A stretch of 64,000 nucleotides of DNA. It comes from Longimicrobiales bacterium. Its GTDB lineage: Bacteria > Gemmatimonadota > Gemmatimonadetes > Longimicrobiales > Gaopeijiaceae. The stretch lies in the NCBI GenBank assembly GCA_965238005.1, contig OZ250165.1, positions 800,001 through 864,000 of the forward strand, in the 5' to 3' direction. Under the pieces are notes generated by a model. That model had not been told where the DNA came from, did not search any database, and saw only the letters and a list, made by a program, of their open reading frames with translations. This document shows, piece after piece, positions 30,895-41,061 of the stretch. The position numbers and the translations under genes were made by a program. Positions within the stretch are counted from its first letter, which is position 1; each line of letters begins with the position of its first letter.

Positions 30895-30997
30895 TGGCTG
30901 GGAGCGACCCCCCATCTCGGCATGCCTCGATCGGCATCGGGGAGGATGGAGCCGGACAGCCCCATCCTCCCCTCCGCTGCGGGGTCGCTCCCAGCCA
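30895..30997. repeat. branched hairpin element copy 1
   Basis: Perfect 17-bp IR tggctgggagcgacccc / ggggtcgctcccagcca enclosing an 11-bp and a 5-bp stem. Confidence 0.8.
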
Positions 30998-31546
30998 GCA
31001 GTCCCTCCGGACTGCCTCGGGTAGGGACGTAACTCATGTTATATAAATGAGTTACGTATTCGCCGACGGTGCTCTGCCCCCCATTATTTCCACCGGGACG
31101 AAACGGATTTCCTAGGCCCGTAGTGGCCGTGAACGGACGAACGGACGCGTCGGCCCCGGATCGCCACGCGCCCGAGGCCGAGCAGCTGAACGCAGGATCG
31201 GTGATGCTCCGATCCGTGCCCAACCGACCCGGTGTCACGCCGCCCAGCCCGCGGGTAGCGTCGCCTTCTCATGTTTCAAGATGTCTTTCCGGGTCATCGC
31301 CGGAAGTGATCCGCTGGCACCCGGATCGCCTCGACCACCTCCGCGCGGCCCTCCCGCGCTGCGGGGGTGATCGCCCCTAACGGTCCCTCGGGTTGCTTAT
31401 ACATTCATGACAAGCGCAAAGCGGAGTGTAGCTCTCACGGAAAGACCTTGCGGCCCGCGTGGAGGACAAGCACTGGACATACCCCGCTTGGCGGTGAAGT
31501 TGCGGGGGCGGTCGGCAGAGCCTCTCGGCACGCGGAGAATCCAACT

Positions 31547-34399
31547 TTGACCCCAAACAAGTTCATCGCGAAGTGGCACGCCTCGGAGTTGAAGGAGCGC
31601 TCCGCGGCCCAGGAGCACTTCATCGACCTGTGCCAACTGCTCGGCGAACCCACGCCAGCGGAGGCTGACCCCAGGGGCGACCACTACTGCTTCGAGCGCG
31701 GAGCGCACAAGGACTCCGGCGGGGACGGCTGGGCGGACGTGTGGAAGCGGCACTGCTTCGCCTGGGAGTACAAGGGGAAGCACGCCGACCTCGACGCCGC
31801 GTTCAACCAGCTGAGGCAGTACGCCCTGGCGCTGGAGAACCCGCCGCTGTTGATCGTCTCGGACATGCACCGGATCCGGATCCGGACGAACTGGACGAAC
31901 TCCGTGAGCAAGACGCTGGAGTTCGAACTGGACGATCTCGTCGATGGCACCGTCCGGGACAAGCTCAAGTGGGCAATGTCCGACCCGGAGCGGCTGCGGC
32001 CGGGCGAGACCAGGCAGACGCTGACTGAACGCGCCGCGAAGACCTTCGCCGAACTCGCGCAGTCGCTCCGAGACCAGGGCCACGCGCCGGAGGAGGTGGC
32101 GCACTTCGTGAACCGCCTCGTGTTCTGCATGTTCGCCGAGGACGTGGGGCTGCTCCCCGACGACATGTTCACCCGCATGCTCGAGCACGCGCGTCGGCAG
32201 CCCGAGGAGTTTGCGGCACTGGCGCAGAAACTGTTCGGCGCGATGTCCACCGGCGGCCGGGTGGGCTTCGAGGACGTGGAATGGTTCAACGGTGGCTTGT
32301 TTGAGGACGATGCAGCCCTCCCCATGGACAAGAGCCAGATCGAGACGACCCTGAAGGCGTCCACGCTGGACTGGTCGAGCATCGATCCCTCAATACTGGG
32401 GACCCTGTTCGAGCGCGGCCTCGACCCGGACAAGCGCACGCAGCTCGGAGCGCACTACACCGACCGGGACAAGATCATGCGGATCATCGATCCAGTGATC
32501 GTGCGCCCGTGGCTGGCCGAGTGGAAGACCGCGAAAGCCCGGATCGCCAGGAGCCTCGAGCGCGCGAACGCAGCGAAATCGAAGGGGGCGGCGACGCGGC
32601 ACCGCAGACAGGCCAAGAACTCGCTCGGTTCGTTCCTCGAACGGCTACGGAACTTCACCGTGCTCGACCCCGCCTGCGGCTCGGGCAACTTCCTCTACCT
32701 CGCACTCCACGCCCTCCACGATCTGGAGCACCGGGTGCAGCTGGAAGCCGAGGCGATAGGGCTCCAGCGCGCCTTTCCAGCGGTTGGCCCCGCCAACGTG
32801 AAGGGGATCGAGATCAACGCTTACGCTGCCGAACTCGCCCGTGTATCGGTATGGATCGGCGAAATCCAGTGGATGCGGCGCAACGGGTTTCCGGGCTCGC
32901 GCGAGCCCGTCCTCGACCCGCTGGAAACGATCGAGTGTCGTGACGCGATTCTGATGTCCGAGGGCGGTGAGCTGGAGTGGCCCGAGGCCGATGTCATCAT
33001 CGGCAACCCACCGTTCCTGGGCGGCAAGCTGCTCATCACCAACCTCGGCGAGGACTACGTCTCGAAGCTATTCCGGGTGTACGAGGGCCGGGTGCCCCGC
33101 GAGGCCGATCTGGTCTGCTACTGGTTCGTGAAGGCCGGAGAACACTTGGGCAGAGGCGCCTCGAAGCGAGTTGGCCTGGTAGCGACCAACTCCATCCGGG
33201 GTGGAGCGAACCGCCGGGCACTGGAAGGGGCGACCGGCAGCGGACACATCTTCGACGCCTGGAGCGACGAGCCGTGGGTGATCGATGGGGCGGCCGTGCG
33301 CGTCTCGCTGGTGTGTTTCTCGCTGAGGGACGACGAACTTACGCCGGAGCGTCGGCTCGATGGCGAGACGGTGGACGAGATCTACACCGATCTGACGGCG
33401 CGCCGCGGCGGGGCTGGCGTCGATTTGACGAAGGCGCGGCGCCTCGCCCGAAACGCGGGCGTGGCCTTCATGGGCGACACCAAGGGCGGTCCGTTCGACG
33501 TTCCGGGGGACCTCGCCCGGGAGTGGCTTCAGGAGCCCGCAAATCCCAACGGTCGGCCCAACTCAGACGTGCTCGCGCCGTGGATGAACGGTATGGCCGT
33601 CACCCGACGCCCCACCGACAAGTGGATCGTCGACTTCGGCTGGACCATGGTGGAGGAGGAAGCCGCCCTCTACGAGGCTCCCTTCCAGCACGCCCAGGAA
33701 CACGTCTACCCGATGCGACAGGGGAATCGGCGCGAGTCCTACCGCCTCAACTGGTGGCGCCACGTCGAACCGAGACAAGGGATGTGGAGGGCTCTCGACG
33801 GGCTATCTCGGTACATCGCCACGCCGACCGTCGCAAAGCATCGCCTGTTCGCGTGGCTCGAGGCCCGGATCTGCCCCGACCACCAGCTGATCGTCATCGC
33901 CCGCGAGGACGACACCACGTTCGGGATCCTGCACAGCCGCTTCCACGAGGTCTGGTCGCTCCACATGGGCACTTGGCTCGGCAAGGGCAACGATCCGCGC
34001 TACACCCCCACCACCACCTTCGAGACCTTCCCCTTTCCAGAGGGATTCTCGCCCGACGTGCCCGCCACCGACTACCTCACGGATCCACGCGCCCAAGCCA
34101 TCGCTTCGGCGGCGCGGCGGCTCGTCGAACTACGCGACCGCTGGCTCAACCCGCCTGAGTGGGTGGAATGGGTCGAGGAACCCGTTCCCGGCTATCCGCC
34201 ACGCCCGCTACCGCGTGACAAGAAGGCTGCGACAACGCTCAAGACACGGACCCTGACCAACCTCTACAACACCCGGCCACAATGGCTCCTCGATGCCCAC
34301 GCCCAGCTCGACGCCGCCGTGGCCGCCGCCTACGGTTGGCCCGCCGACATCACGGACGACGCGGCGCTGGACGAACTACTTGCCCGAAACGGTTGCTGA
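31547..34399 (+). CDS. MmeI-like type IIL/IIG restriction-modification enzyme (probable TTG start)
   Basis: N-terminal WADVW..WEYK nuclease motif, GAHYT, LDPACGSGNF, IIGNPPF, RYTPTTTFETFPFP. Confidence 0.9.
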   Translation: MTPNKFIAKWHASELKERSAAQEHFIDLCQLLGEPTPAEADPRGDHYCFERGAHKDSGGDGWADVWKRHCFAWEYKGKHADLDAAFNQLRQYALALENPPLLIVSDMHRIRIRTNWTNSVSKTLEFELDDLVDGTVRDKLKWAMSDPERLRPGETRQTLTERAAKTFAELAQSLRDQGHAPEEVAHFVNRLVFCMFAEDVGLLPDDMFTRMLEHARRQPEEFAALAQKLFGAMSTGGRVGFEDVEWFNGGLFEDDAALPMDKSQIETTLKASTLDWSSIDPSILGTLFERGLDPDKRTQLGAHYTDRDKIMRIIDPVIVRPWLAEWKTAKARIARSLERANAAKSKGAATRHRRQAKNSLGSFLERLRNFTVLDPACGSGNFLYLALHALHDLEHRVQLEAEAIGLQRAFPAVGPANVKGIEINAYAAELARVSVWIGEIQWMRRNGFPGSREPVLDPLETIECRDAILMSEGGELEWPEADVIIGNPPFLGGKLLITNLGEDYVSKLFRVYEGRVPREADLVCYWFVKAGEHLGRGASKRVGLVATNSIRGGANRRALEGATGSGHIFDAWSDEPWVIDGAAVRVSLVCFSLRDDELTPERRLDGETVDEIYTDLTARRGGAGVDLTKARRLARNAGVAFMGDTKGGPFDVPGDLAREWLQEPANPNGRPNSDVLAPWMNGMAVTRRPTDKWIVDFGWTMVEEEAALYEAPFQHAQEHVYPMRQGNRRESYRLNWWRHVEPRQGMWRALDGLSRYIATPTVAKHRLFAWLEARICPDHQLIVIAREDDTTFGILHSRFHEVWSLHMGTWLGKGNDPRYTPTTTFETFPFPEGFSPDVPATDYLTDPRAQAIASAARRLVELRDRWLNPPEWVEWVEEPVPGYPPRPLPRDKKAATTLKTRTLTNLYNTRPQWLLDAHAQLDAAVAAAYGWPADITDDAALDELLARNGC

Positions 34400-34455
34400 T
34401 CTCTCGAAGGAAGAATCGAGCACCCAGTGGCAATCAACGCCCGATTTCCCCGGCA

Positions 34456-37400
34456 CTAACAGAGCCAACGTCCCTGCGCCTCCCGTTCCTCGTCTCGGAT
34501 CGTCTCGCGCGTGATACAGCGCGCAACTTGGCCACGCATCTTCTCCGCCCACTGCCGCACTCCGGCCTTTGGGTGGGTGCGAAGCCGTTCGAGGGGCTTC
34601 CTGTAGCGGAAATAGTAGCTAGCTGAAGAACCGTACCAGCTGTAGGTATGGATGTTGCTTTCCAAGGCTTGGTGTACATCGTCGCGCTCGCCGAACTCGT
34701 CCAAGAGTCGGGACACCACGGGATGGAAGAAGCCGGTTTCCCCATCGTCGCCTTCCGGCGATAGAATCGGCAAGCACTGCGCCAGGAAGGTGGGAGCGCC
34801 ATCGGGGTTGGCATGGCACCATGCGAACAGCGTGTCTTCAGGAACGTCCAGGATCGGTGGCCTGATGTCGCGGCCGAAAGTGTACGGACGCCCGAGAACA
34901 TACCTCATGCGACTTGCGAACCGACGATTCCCCACGATGGCTCCTCCGATGAGCGGCCACACGATCTCCGGAAAACCGGCCAGCATTCTGGTGAGCACAG
35001 AAGTCGGCTTGGTGCTCCTCGGATTGAGCCAACCGTGGTGGTCTCCGTGAGCCAGGGTTCGAGCGAGGGCCAGAGCCGTCGCGCGAGCGTTGGAATCCTC
35101 GCGACCCTTGGCCAGCATCCTCAGTACAATCTTCTCGAAGTAGTAGTCCGTCACGGTCAGGTCGATTCCGGATCCCGCCAGGCTCGGTGGAGGCTTGGAT
35201 TCCGTCCCGCTCCAACGACCGGCGTTCCGGGCCATCTCTAGAACTTGGGGCCGAAAGTCGGCGAGCTTGGAGATGTCCGGTCCGGACTCCTCGGTCCTCT
35301 CGCCTTCATCGGGGAGAATCCGGCCCAAGATAGTGACCGCGAGCGCAAAGGACGGGGCGCTATGGTCGAGCATCGCGTCAAGCAGCAGCGCCACCGCAGC
35401 GGGGGGAACCTTGTCGAGCACCCGGGTAAAGGCCCAGTGGTGCAGGTCCCACGGCGACAGAGTGCCCCGATCCAGAGCGTCTATGGCGCAGGTGATGTCC
35501 CTCGGGGTGAGACCGGCGCGCCTGCAAATCCTGGGAAATGCCGGGGCAAGATCGGGTGATCCTACCGCTCTCGTCCTGAAAGCTTCGGCTTCATCGTGGA
35601 ATCGCGTTGGGAGACCGGCCACGAATCCGGAAAGCAAGTCATAGTTTCGGTCGGACGCGGGCACGCCCACGATGGCCTGAACAATCGGCTCTAGCCACTC
35701 AAGCGGTGACGGCGCAAACTTCGCGAGCGATTCTCCGAGTTCGTCCGCCATCCACTGCCTTCCGCTGCTGAGCTCGGGCAGGAGGTCCCTGAGGGTCGGT
35801 GACTCCCCTAGAAGCTCGTCGGCCAAGCCATGGACGATGGCGCGATAACGCTCAAACTGCGCCGATATAGACGATTCCGTTTCCACGAATCCCGGCATCG
35901 GAGACTCGGTGACGAAAACCTGGACACGTTCCCGAAGGCTGGTCGGCTCGAGTTTGTCGACCAGGGACCGAACGCGATCGGACGTCTCGTCGTCGATGAG
36001 CTCGGAGTCATGGTCGAGGACAGCCTTCAGCTGTCGCAGCGCCAGTGTCCAGGAACAGCCCGCGCCGACAACTCTATGGATGGCTTCCTCCACCGCTTCG
36101 AGGAATCCGTCGCACACCAGAGACGAGATTGCCCCGCCGAGATCGGAACGGGCCTTCGCCCCCACATCGTCGTCTCTCGCCGCGAGTCCGCCCAGGCGGT
36201 TCACGCATCCCGCGATGTACCTGGCCAGTTCCTGTTTCGAGTTCGGATACCAGGGATGCAATGCTCTCCGGGAGCCCTGAATCTCCGGGCCGACCGTCCA
36301 CGAGTACCCTCCCACGCTGCAGCCGGCGACGAGCGCTTCGACGACATGGCTCAACTGCGCCTGGTGACTCGTGTCCGCGGCCTCGTCGAGGAACAGCAGT
36401 CGAGCGTCGCCGTCGGCTTCGGTGCCCCCAAGGACCGGGGAAAAGAGTTCCACAAAGGGACGTGATGCTGCCGATACCCCCGACGCGTTCCCGGTGACCG
36501 CCAGTCGAAGCATCAGACGAGCCCCGACCATGAATGTGCTGGAGGGGAAGGCAATCGTGCTCAGCGCACGGACGATAGGACGGCGAACACCGTCTCCGAG
36601 TTGCCCCAGGTCGCCCAAGCGATCCAGGGAACGGCCGATGAGCTCCGCGACGGCATCCGCATTGATCTGGGCGAGGGCTGAGAGGACCTCCGCACGACCT
36701 GGAAGGACAATCCCATCGACTCGGTCGAAGTGCCCGCGCTCCCGGCAGACGTGATCTGCCACGCTGTTGGCTATCTCCGTAGCGTTCAGCTCAGCGAGGC
36801 ACCGAGCCGCTGAGACACTTAGGTCGGGGCCGATGTCGCCCGACAGCACCCGGTCCCACTTCCCCTTGTCCCACTCCCTCCACTGTCGTTCCGCGAGCCT
36901 AACGGCGATTGGGCGCGGTTGAATCGTCCCGAGTCCTCCTCTACGCTTGACTACGCCTCGTTGGACGAGTCGTTGGATTCCTGCGTACAGGTCATCGCGG
37001 GTCAGTTGGCGACCAAGGTCGGCAATTCTCGCGAGATGTTCTTCAGCTGAGGACTCCGTTCCGACCGTTTGAAACGCGCCGAGGTGTGCCTCTGCCGCAG
37101 GCTCTACTCTTACCGGCCCGAACGCGGCGAGCAGTTGGGCTGATTGGAGCAACAGCGCTTGGTCCGTTGGCCTCCGACCCAAGACGAATTCGTCAATGAG
37201 GTCGTCGTCGGCCGGATCGGTGAGGTGTCGCCGCCTCGTATCAGATTCCTTGGCGATTCGGATTGCAACTTCCGGAAATCCCCGCGAGAGGCGTGCAAGG
37301 CGGTGCCGGTCCACATCCTGTAGTGTCGCAGCGGCATGGTCGACGATGGGTTCGATGACAGTCGCCGGGGCTTCGTCGATCTTGATGGTGGTGGCATCGA

Positions 37401-38613
37401 TATGAGAGGGAATCTCATTATCGATGGTGACCAGCGAGAGGCGGCTCCCCGGGCGCGACACCACCCCGGCCAAGATGGCATGGCTTCGCGCGTCGCAGTC
37501 GTCCACAACCACGACCGCGCGTCCGCCGGAGACGGCCAGTTTCTCGACGATGGGATGAATCGCTTCCGCACCCACTTCAGACTGTACTGCGTACATTACG
37601 TAGTCCCGAAGCGAGCGGCCGACAATCTCGTCTTCGCCGACCCTCTTCAGAGCTTCGAGACAGAGCCGGGACTTGCCGATGCCCGACAATCCGACCACCC
37701 GGAGAACCGTGCTGGGCTCGGTCATCCTGTTTCGCAGAGTGCGGCGCAGGTCGGCCAGTCGGGGATCTTCTACCCATGGCACAGAGTGCTCACTACGGCC
37801 GTTCCAATGGTTCCACGAAGTAAAGCCGCCTGGCGTCCCGAGCCTCACCTCTTCCCTGACCCAGAGGGCAACCGATTGGTGGGTATTCACCCACGCGGCG
37901 ATTTGAGTGGCTTCCCAAAAGCCGATCAGGTGATCCGGGACCGACAATCCGGCCTTCGTCAGAGCGTCACAGATGCCACGCTGCCGCGCCTCTACCTGCC
38001 GTTGGTTATAGGGCTGCGCACAGAGCATGATGTAGTTTCCGCCCCGCTCGAGGACCGAACGGACCATCGTCTTCACTTCGGGTTCGTTCGTCAGCACATC
38101 CTCGCCCGCCCGAGCGGGCGATATCTTGCCGGCCTTCAACTGAAACTGGCATAGCCGGGACGGCAGGAATGGAGTGCGCTCGGGACCGCCCCTCCATGAG
38201 ATGCGCCCGTCTTCCCCTCCATCGGGGACATGGATGTTGCTGGGGACGCGGATACCGTCTTGGGGGAGGCCGTACTCTCGGGCCTCAGCAGAGAGGAGTT
38301 GTCGCAGAAGACTGGGAAACGCAGGAGGCCCAAGCGACGCGATGTCGTCGGATTCCACCTGGAACGGGGCGGGCACCCGAGAACTCGCTGGATGAAGCTC
38401 GCCTCCTCGAAGAACCCGAAGCGCGTCGGGATATACTTCCAGTAAACGCAGCAGGTTGATCGCGGCGGCTCTCGGCTTCAGGCTCCCGGCCTCGTACTTG
38501 GTGAAGGCCCGTGGACCGCCTCCCAAGAGCCTGCCAGCTTCCTCCTGCGTTAGAGCGAGGCCTTCGCGGATCGCTCGTATCCGGTCGGGCGACATTTCCG
38601 GGGTCCGTTCCAT
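34456..38613 (-). CDS. HTH-nuclease-STAND NTPase protein (Avs/NLR-like, 1385 aa)
   Basis: MqsA-like HTH (LTQEEAGRLLGGGPRAFTKYE), DGGEDG..FQLK nuclease motif, GLSGIGKS, VVVVDDC, long helical C-terminus. Confidence 0.8.
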   Translation of the reverse strand: MERTPEMSPDRIRAIREGLALTQEEAGRLLGGGPRAFTKYEAGSLKPRAAAINLLRLLEVYPDALRVLRGGELHPASSRVPAPFQVESDDIASLGPPAFPSLLRQLLSAEAREYGLPQDGIRVPSNIHVPDGGEDGRISWRGGPERTPFLPSRLCQFQLKAGKISPARAGEDVLTNEPEVKTMVRSVLERGGNYIMLCAQPYNQRQVEARQRGICDALTKAGLSVPDHLIGFWEATQIAAWVNTHQSVALWVREEVRLGTPGGFTSWNHWNGRSEHSVPWVEDPRLADLRRTLRNRMTEPSTVLRVVGLSGIGKSRLCLEALKRVGEDEIVGRSLRDYVMYAVQSEVGAEAIHPIVEKLAVSGGRAVVVVDDCDARSHAILAGVVSRPGSRLSLVTIDNEIPSHIDATTIKIDEAPATVIEPIVDHAAATLQDVDRHRLARLSRGFPEVAIRIAKESDTRRRHLTDPADDDLIDEFVLGRRPTDQALLLQSAQLLAAFGPVRVEPAAEAHLGAFQTVGTESSAEEHLARIADLGRQLTRDDLYAGIQRLVQRGVVKRRGGLGTIQPRPIAVRLAERQWREWDKGKWDRVLSGDIGPDLSVSAARCLAELNATEIANSVADHVCRERGHFDRVDGIVLPGRAEVLSALAQINADAVAELIGRSLDRLGDLGQLGDGVRRPIVRALSTIAFPSSTFMVGARLMLRLAVTGNASGVSAASRPFVELFSPVLGGTEADGDARLLFLDEAADTSHQAQLSHVVEALVAGCSVGGYSWTVGPEIQGSRRALHPWYPNSKQELARYIAGCVNRLGGLAARDDDVGAKARSDLGGAISSLVCDGFLEAVEEAIHRVVGAGCSWTLALRQLKAVLDHDSELIDDETSDRVRSLVDKLEPTSLRERVQVFVTESPMPGFVETESSISAQFERYRAIVHGLADELLGESPTLRDLLPELSSGRQWMADELGESLAKFAPSPLEWLEPIVQAIVGVPASDRNYDLLSGFVAGLPTRFHDEAEAFRTRAVGSPDLAPAFPRICRRAGLTPRDITCAIDALDRGTLSPWDLHHWAFTRVLDKVPPAAVALLLDAMLDHSAPSFALAVTILGRILPDEGERTEESGPDISKLADFRPQVLEMARNAGRWSGTESKPPPSLAGSGIDLTVTDYYFEKIVLRMLAKGREDSNARATALALARTLAHGDHHGWLNPRSTKPTSVLTRMLAGFPEIVWPLIGGAIVGNRRFASRMRYVLGRPYTFGRDIRPPILDVPEDTLFAWCHANPDGAPTFLAQCLPILSPEGDDGETGFFHPVVSRLLDEFGERDDVHQALESNIHTYSWYGSSASYYFRYRKPLERLRTHPKAGVRQWAEKMRGQVARCITRETIRDEEREAQGRWLC

Positions 38614-39314
38614 GAATGAGTCTCCATCATATTGATCAGTACGTTACTACATATACCATAATGGTCGGATGAATGGAAATGCAGCCGCTGCGGAAAGAGG
38701 AGTCTTCAGGGGTGAGCTCGCGCGAGTCTGACGGCCCCGCGTCGATCCGCTACCGGACGCAGCTACCAGGCCGTGCGCCCGTCCGTGGCGCGCTACCGAT
38801 GACACCGTCGGCGCAAGCATGGACCGGAATGTTGATCCGACATGATCGTCATTCGGCGCTCGCCCGCCGTCCGGATGTAGCGGCCCGTTCTTCCATGCTC
38901 GTAGAGGTCCCTCGCGGAGAGGAGGAAGACGGTGACGCAGAAGCGGTTGTCCATGCGGAGCGTTCGAGAAAGGCTGCTCCCGGAGGCCCCCACAGGCCTG
39001 CGGACGGCCCATAGCTGGCTGTGCCAACAGGGGAACGACCGAGTGCTCTAAGGGTATAGGAGCATTCAGGCCGACCTCAAGCGCATCGTCGCACTGACGA
39101 AGAAGGAACGCCAAACGGTGCGCCTCTCCGGGGCGCACTTCCGATGACCGGCCTGCCTGTCATGCCACGACTGGAGTGTGAAAACGACCCGGGGGGTCGA
39201 TTCACACTTTTGCCCTCCGGCGATTCACACTGGACCCACCGCATATCCGTCGAGGCGGCAGCGTCTTACGCTTCCGCGAGCAGGTCGGTCAGCGCCGCAC
39301 GGGCGGCACCGACC

Positions 39315-39413
39315 GGACCGGGAGCGACCCCCCGATCTGACGATCCGGTACGGGCGCGGGGCCGTGCGCGTTTTCACGCGCCCGCCTCCGCCCCCTGGGG
39401 TCGCTCCCGGTCC
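39315..39413. repeat. branched hairpin element copy 2
   Basis: Perfect 17-bp IR ggaccgggagcgacccc / ggggtcgctcccggtcc; same 12-bp core as copy 1. Confidence 0.8.
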
Positions 39414-39585
39414 AATGATCCCTTCGCGGGAAGGCCATCGAGCGCCGGTGGCGGCGGTGCCGGTGCGGCGATCAGCCATCAGCGCACCGGCAGGGGGGCT
39501 CGGGGGGCGGTGCCCCCCGCCCGCCCGCTGCCCCGGCAGCGGCACGGGACGCTGGGGGATCGAAGGGGGTGCGGAGCGCCCCCTC

Positions 39586-39620
39586 GCCAGAGCGCAATGT
39601 TTAACATTGCGTAGGCTGGC
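39586..39620. other. oriT-like palindrome
   Basis: cgcaatgtt-t-aacattgcg with outer gccag/ctggc; reverse strand CATTGCGCTCT resembles MOBQ nic TAAGTGCGCCCT. Confidence 0.45.
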
Positions 39621-39651
39621 TCTTGACCCCTAACGGTCATGAGCCAGCGCC

Positions 39652-40875
39652 TCAGCGGACCGGTCCGGCCTCCGCGTCTCGACGCTCGCTGGCTAGGTAG
39701 GCAGCCCAGTCGTTCATCAGTCGGCGTCGGCGCTCGAACAGGTCCGAGCGCCGGTACGCTGCCTCGATCTGGTTGCGGACCTGGTGCGCCAGCGCCGCCT
39801 CGGCCACCTCGCGAGGGTGGTCCGTCTCTTCGGCCGCCCAGTCGCGAAAGCTCGACCGAAAGCCGTGCGGCACGGCCGCGATCTTCAACTCCCCGAGCAG
39901 TTCCGACAGCGCCGTGCTCGCGAATGGCTTCCCGCGCACGCCCGGAAACACGAGCGGGCTGCCGCGACCGAGCATCCGCGCTTCCTCGAGGATCTCCAAC
40001 GCACGCCCGCACAGCGGCACCCGGTGCTCGCGGTTCCCCTTCGTGCGCAGCGCCGGGATGGTCCACACGCCTGTGTCCCGGTTGATCTCCGTCCAGACCG
40101 CCCCCCGGACCTCGCCGGAGCGTACGGCCGTCAGCACCAGCAACTCGAAGGCCAGCTTGACCACTGGCCGCGCGTTCGACGCCCGCACCGTCTCGATCGC
40201 GGACGCCACCTCACCGTGCGGCAACGCCCGCATGTGCCGGACAAGCCCCCCCTGCGCTCCGAGCACCGGACCGATCCGGTCGCACGGGTTGTCGGGCCTG
40301 AGATCCATCGCCACGGCCCATTCCATGACCGCGCGGATGCGCTGGCGCAGCTTCCGGGCGGTGGGCGGCATGTCGTGCCAGATCGGTGCGAGAATCCCGA
40401 TCACGTCGGCGCTCGTCACTTTCGCAATCGGCATCTCCCCGATGCGGGGGATGGCATAGCGCTCCAGGCTCTTCAGCCAGAGCTGCGCATGCTGAGGGGA
40501 GCGCCAGCCCGGCCGCAGCTGGTTCCAGACCTGCCCCGCCGCCTCCGCGAAGGTGGGCATCGACTCGGCCCGCCGCTTCTCGGCCAGGAGGTCGCCACCG
40601 TCGCGGGCCAGCTTCCGGTTCGCGAACGCCTTCTCGCGCGCTTCCTTCAGCGAGACCAGGGGGAATCCTCCGAGCCCAAGCTCGGTTCGGCGACCGCGGA
40701 TCGTGAGGCGCTGCACCCAGCCCCGGCTCCCCGTGGGCCGGACATCGAGATAGAGGCCCTGGCCGTCACAATATCGGCCGGCCTGGCTCACGTTGCGGAC
40801 GAAGGCGGGTGTCAGGGCGTTGTCGGGATGCCGGCCGCGCGGCTTGCGTTGCGGAGGTCGTGTGGCGAGTGTCAT
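39652..40875 (-). CDS. P4-type tyrosine integrase with arm-binding domain
   Basis: DGQGLYL, LGLGGFPLVSLKEAR, VRSGE, WTIP, HGFRSSFRDW, LAH, AAYRRSDLFERRR. Confidence 0.95.
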   Translation of the reverse strand: MTLATRPPQRKPRGRHPDNALTPAFVRNVSQAGRYCDGQGLYLDVRPTGSRGWVQRLTIRGRRTELGLGGFPLVSLKEAREKAFANRKLARDGGDLLAEKRRAESMPTFAEAAGQVWNQLRPGWRSPQHAQLWLKSLERYAIPRIGEMPIAKVTSADVIGILAPIWHDMPPTARKLRQRIRAVMEWAVAMDLRPDNPCDRIGPVLGAQGGLVRHMRALPHGEVASAIETVRASNARPVVKLAFELLVLTAVRSGEVRGAVWTEINRDTGVWTIPALRTKGNREHRVPLCGRALEILEEARMLGRGSPLVFPGVRGKPFASTALSELLGELKIAAVPHGFRSSFRDWAAEETDHPREVAEAALAHQVRNQIEAAYRRSDLFERRRRLMNDWAAYLASERRDAEAGPVR

Positions 40876-41061
40876 ACCCGCCAATATATCCGCCACAGAC
40901 TGGCGGATGCAAGGGGATGGAGCGGCTCAGTACGGGACAAGAAACATCCTCATGTCTCATGATAAGTCAATATAAACAAGTCAGTTATGTACAATACGGG
41001 ACTTGGCTGGACGAAATGGTAATATCCTACTATGCAGCCCTCCGGGAAGGGTGTCGGACCG

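Larger units (their letters stand above)
30998..41045 (-). mobile_element. nested P4-integrase island inside the ICE
   Basis: Flanking imperfect direct repeat gcagtccctccgg (30998-31010) / gcagccctccgg (41034-41045); AT-rich motifs inside both ends; integrase at right end; separates virB genes from virD4. Confidence 0.6.
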
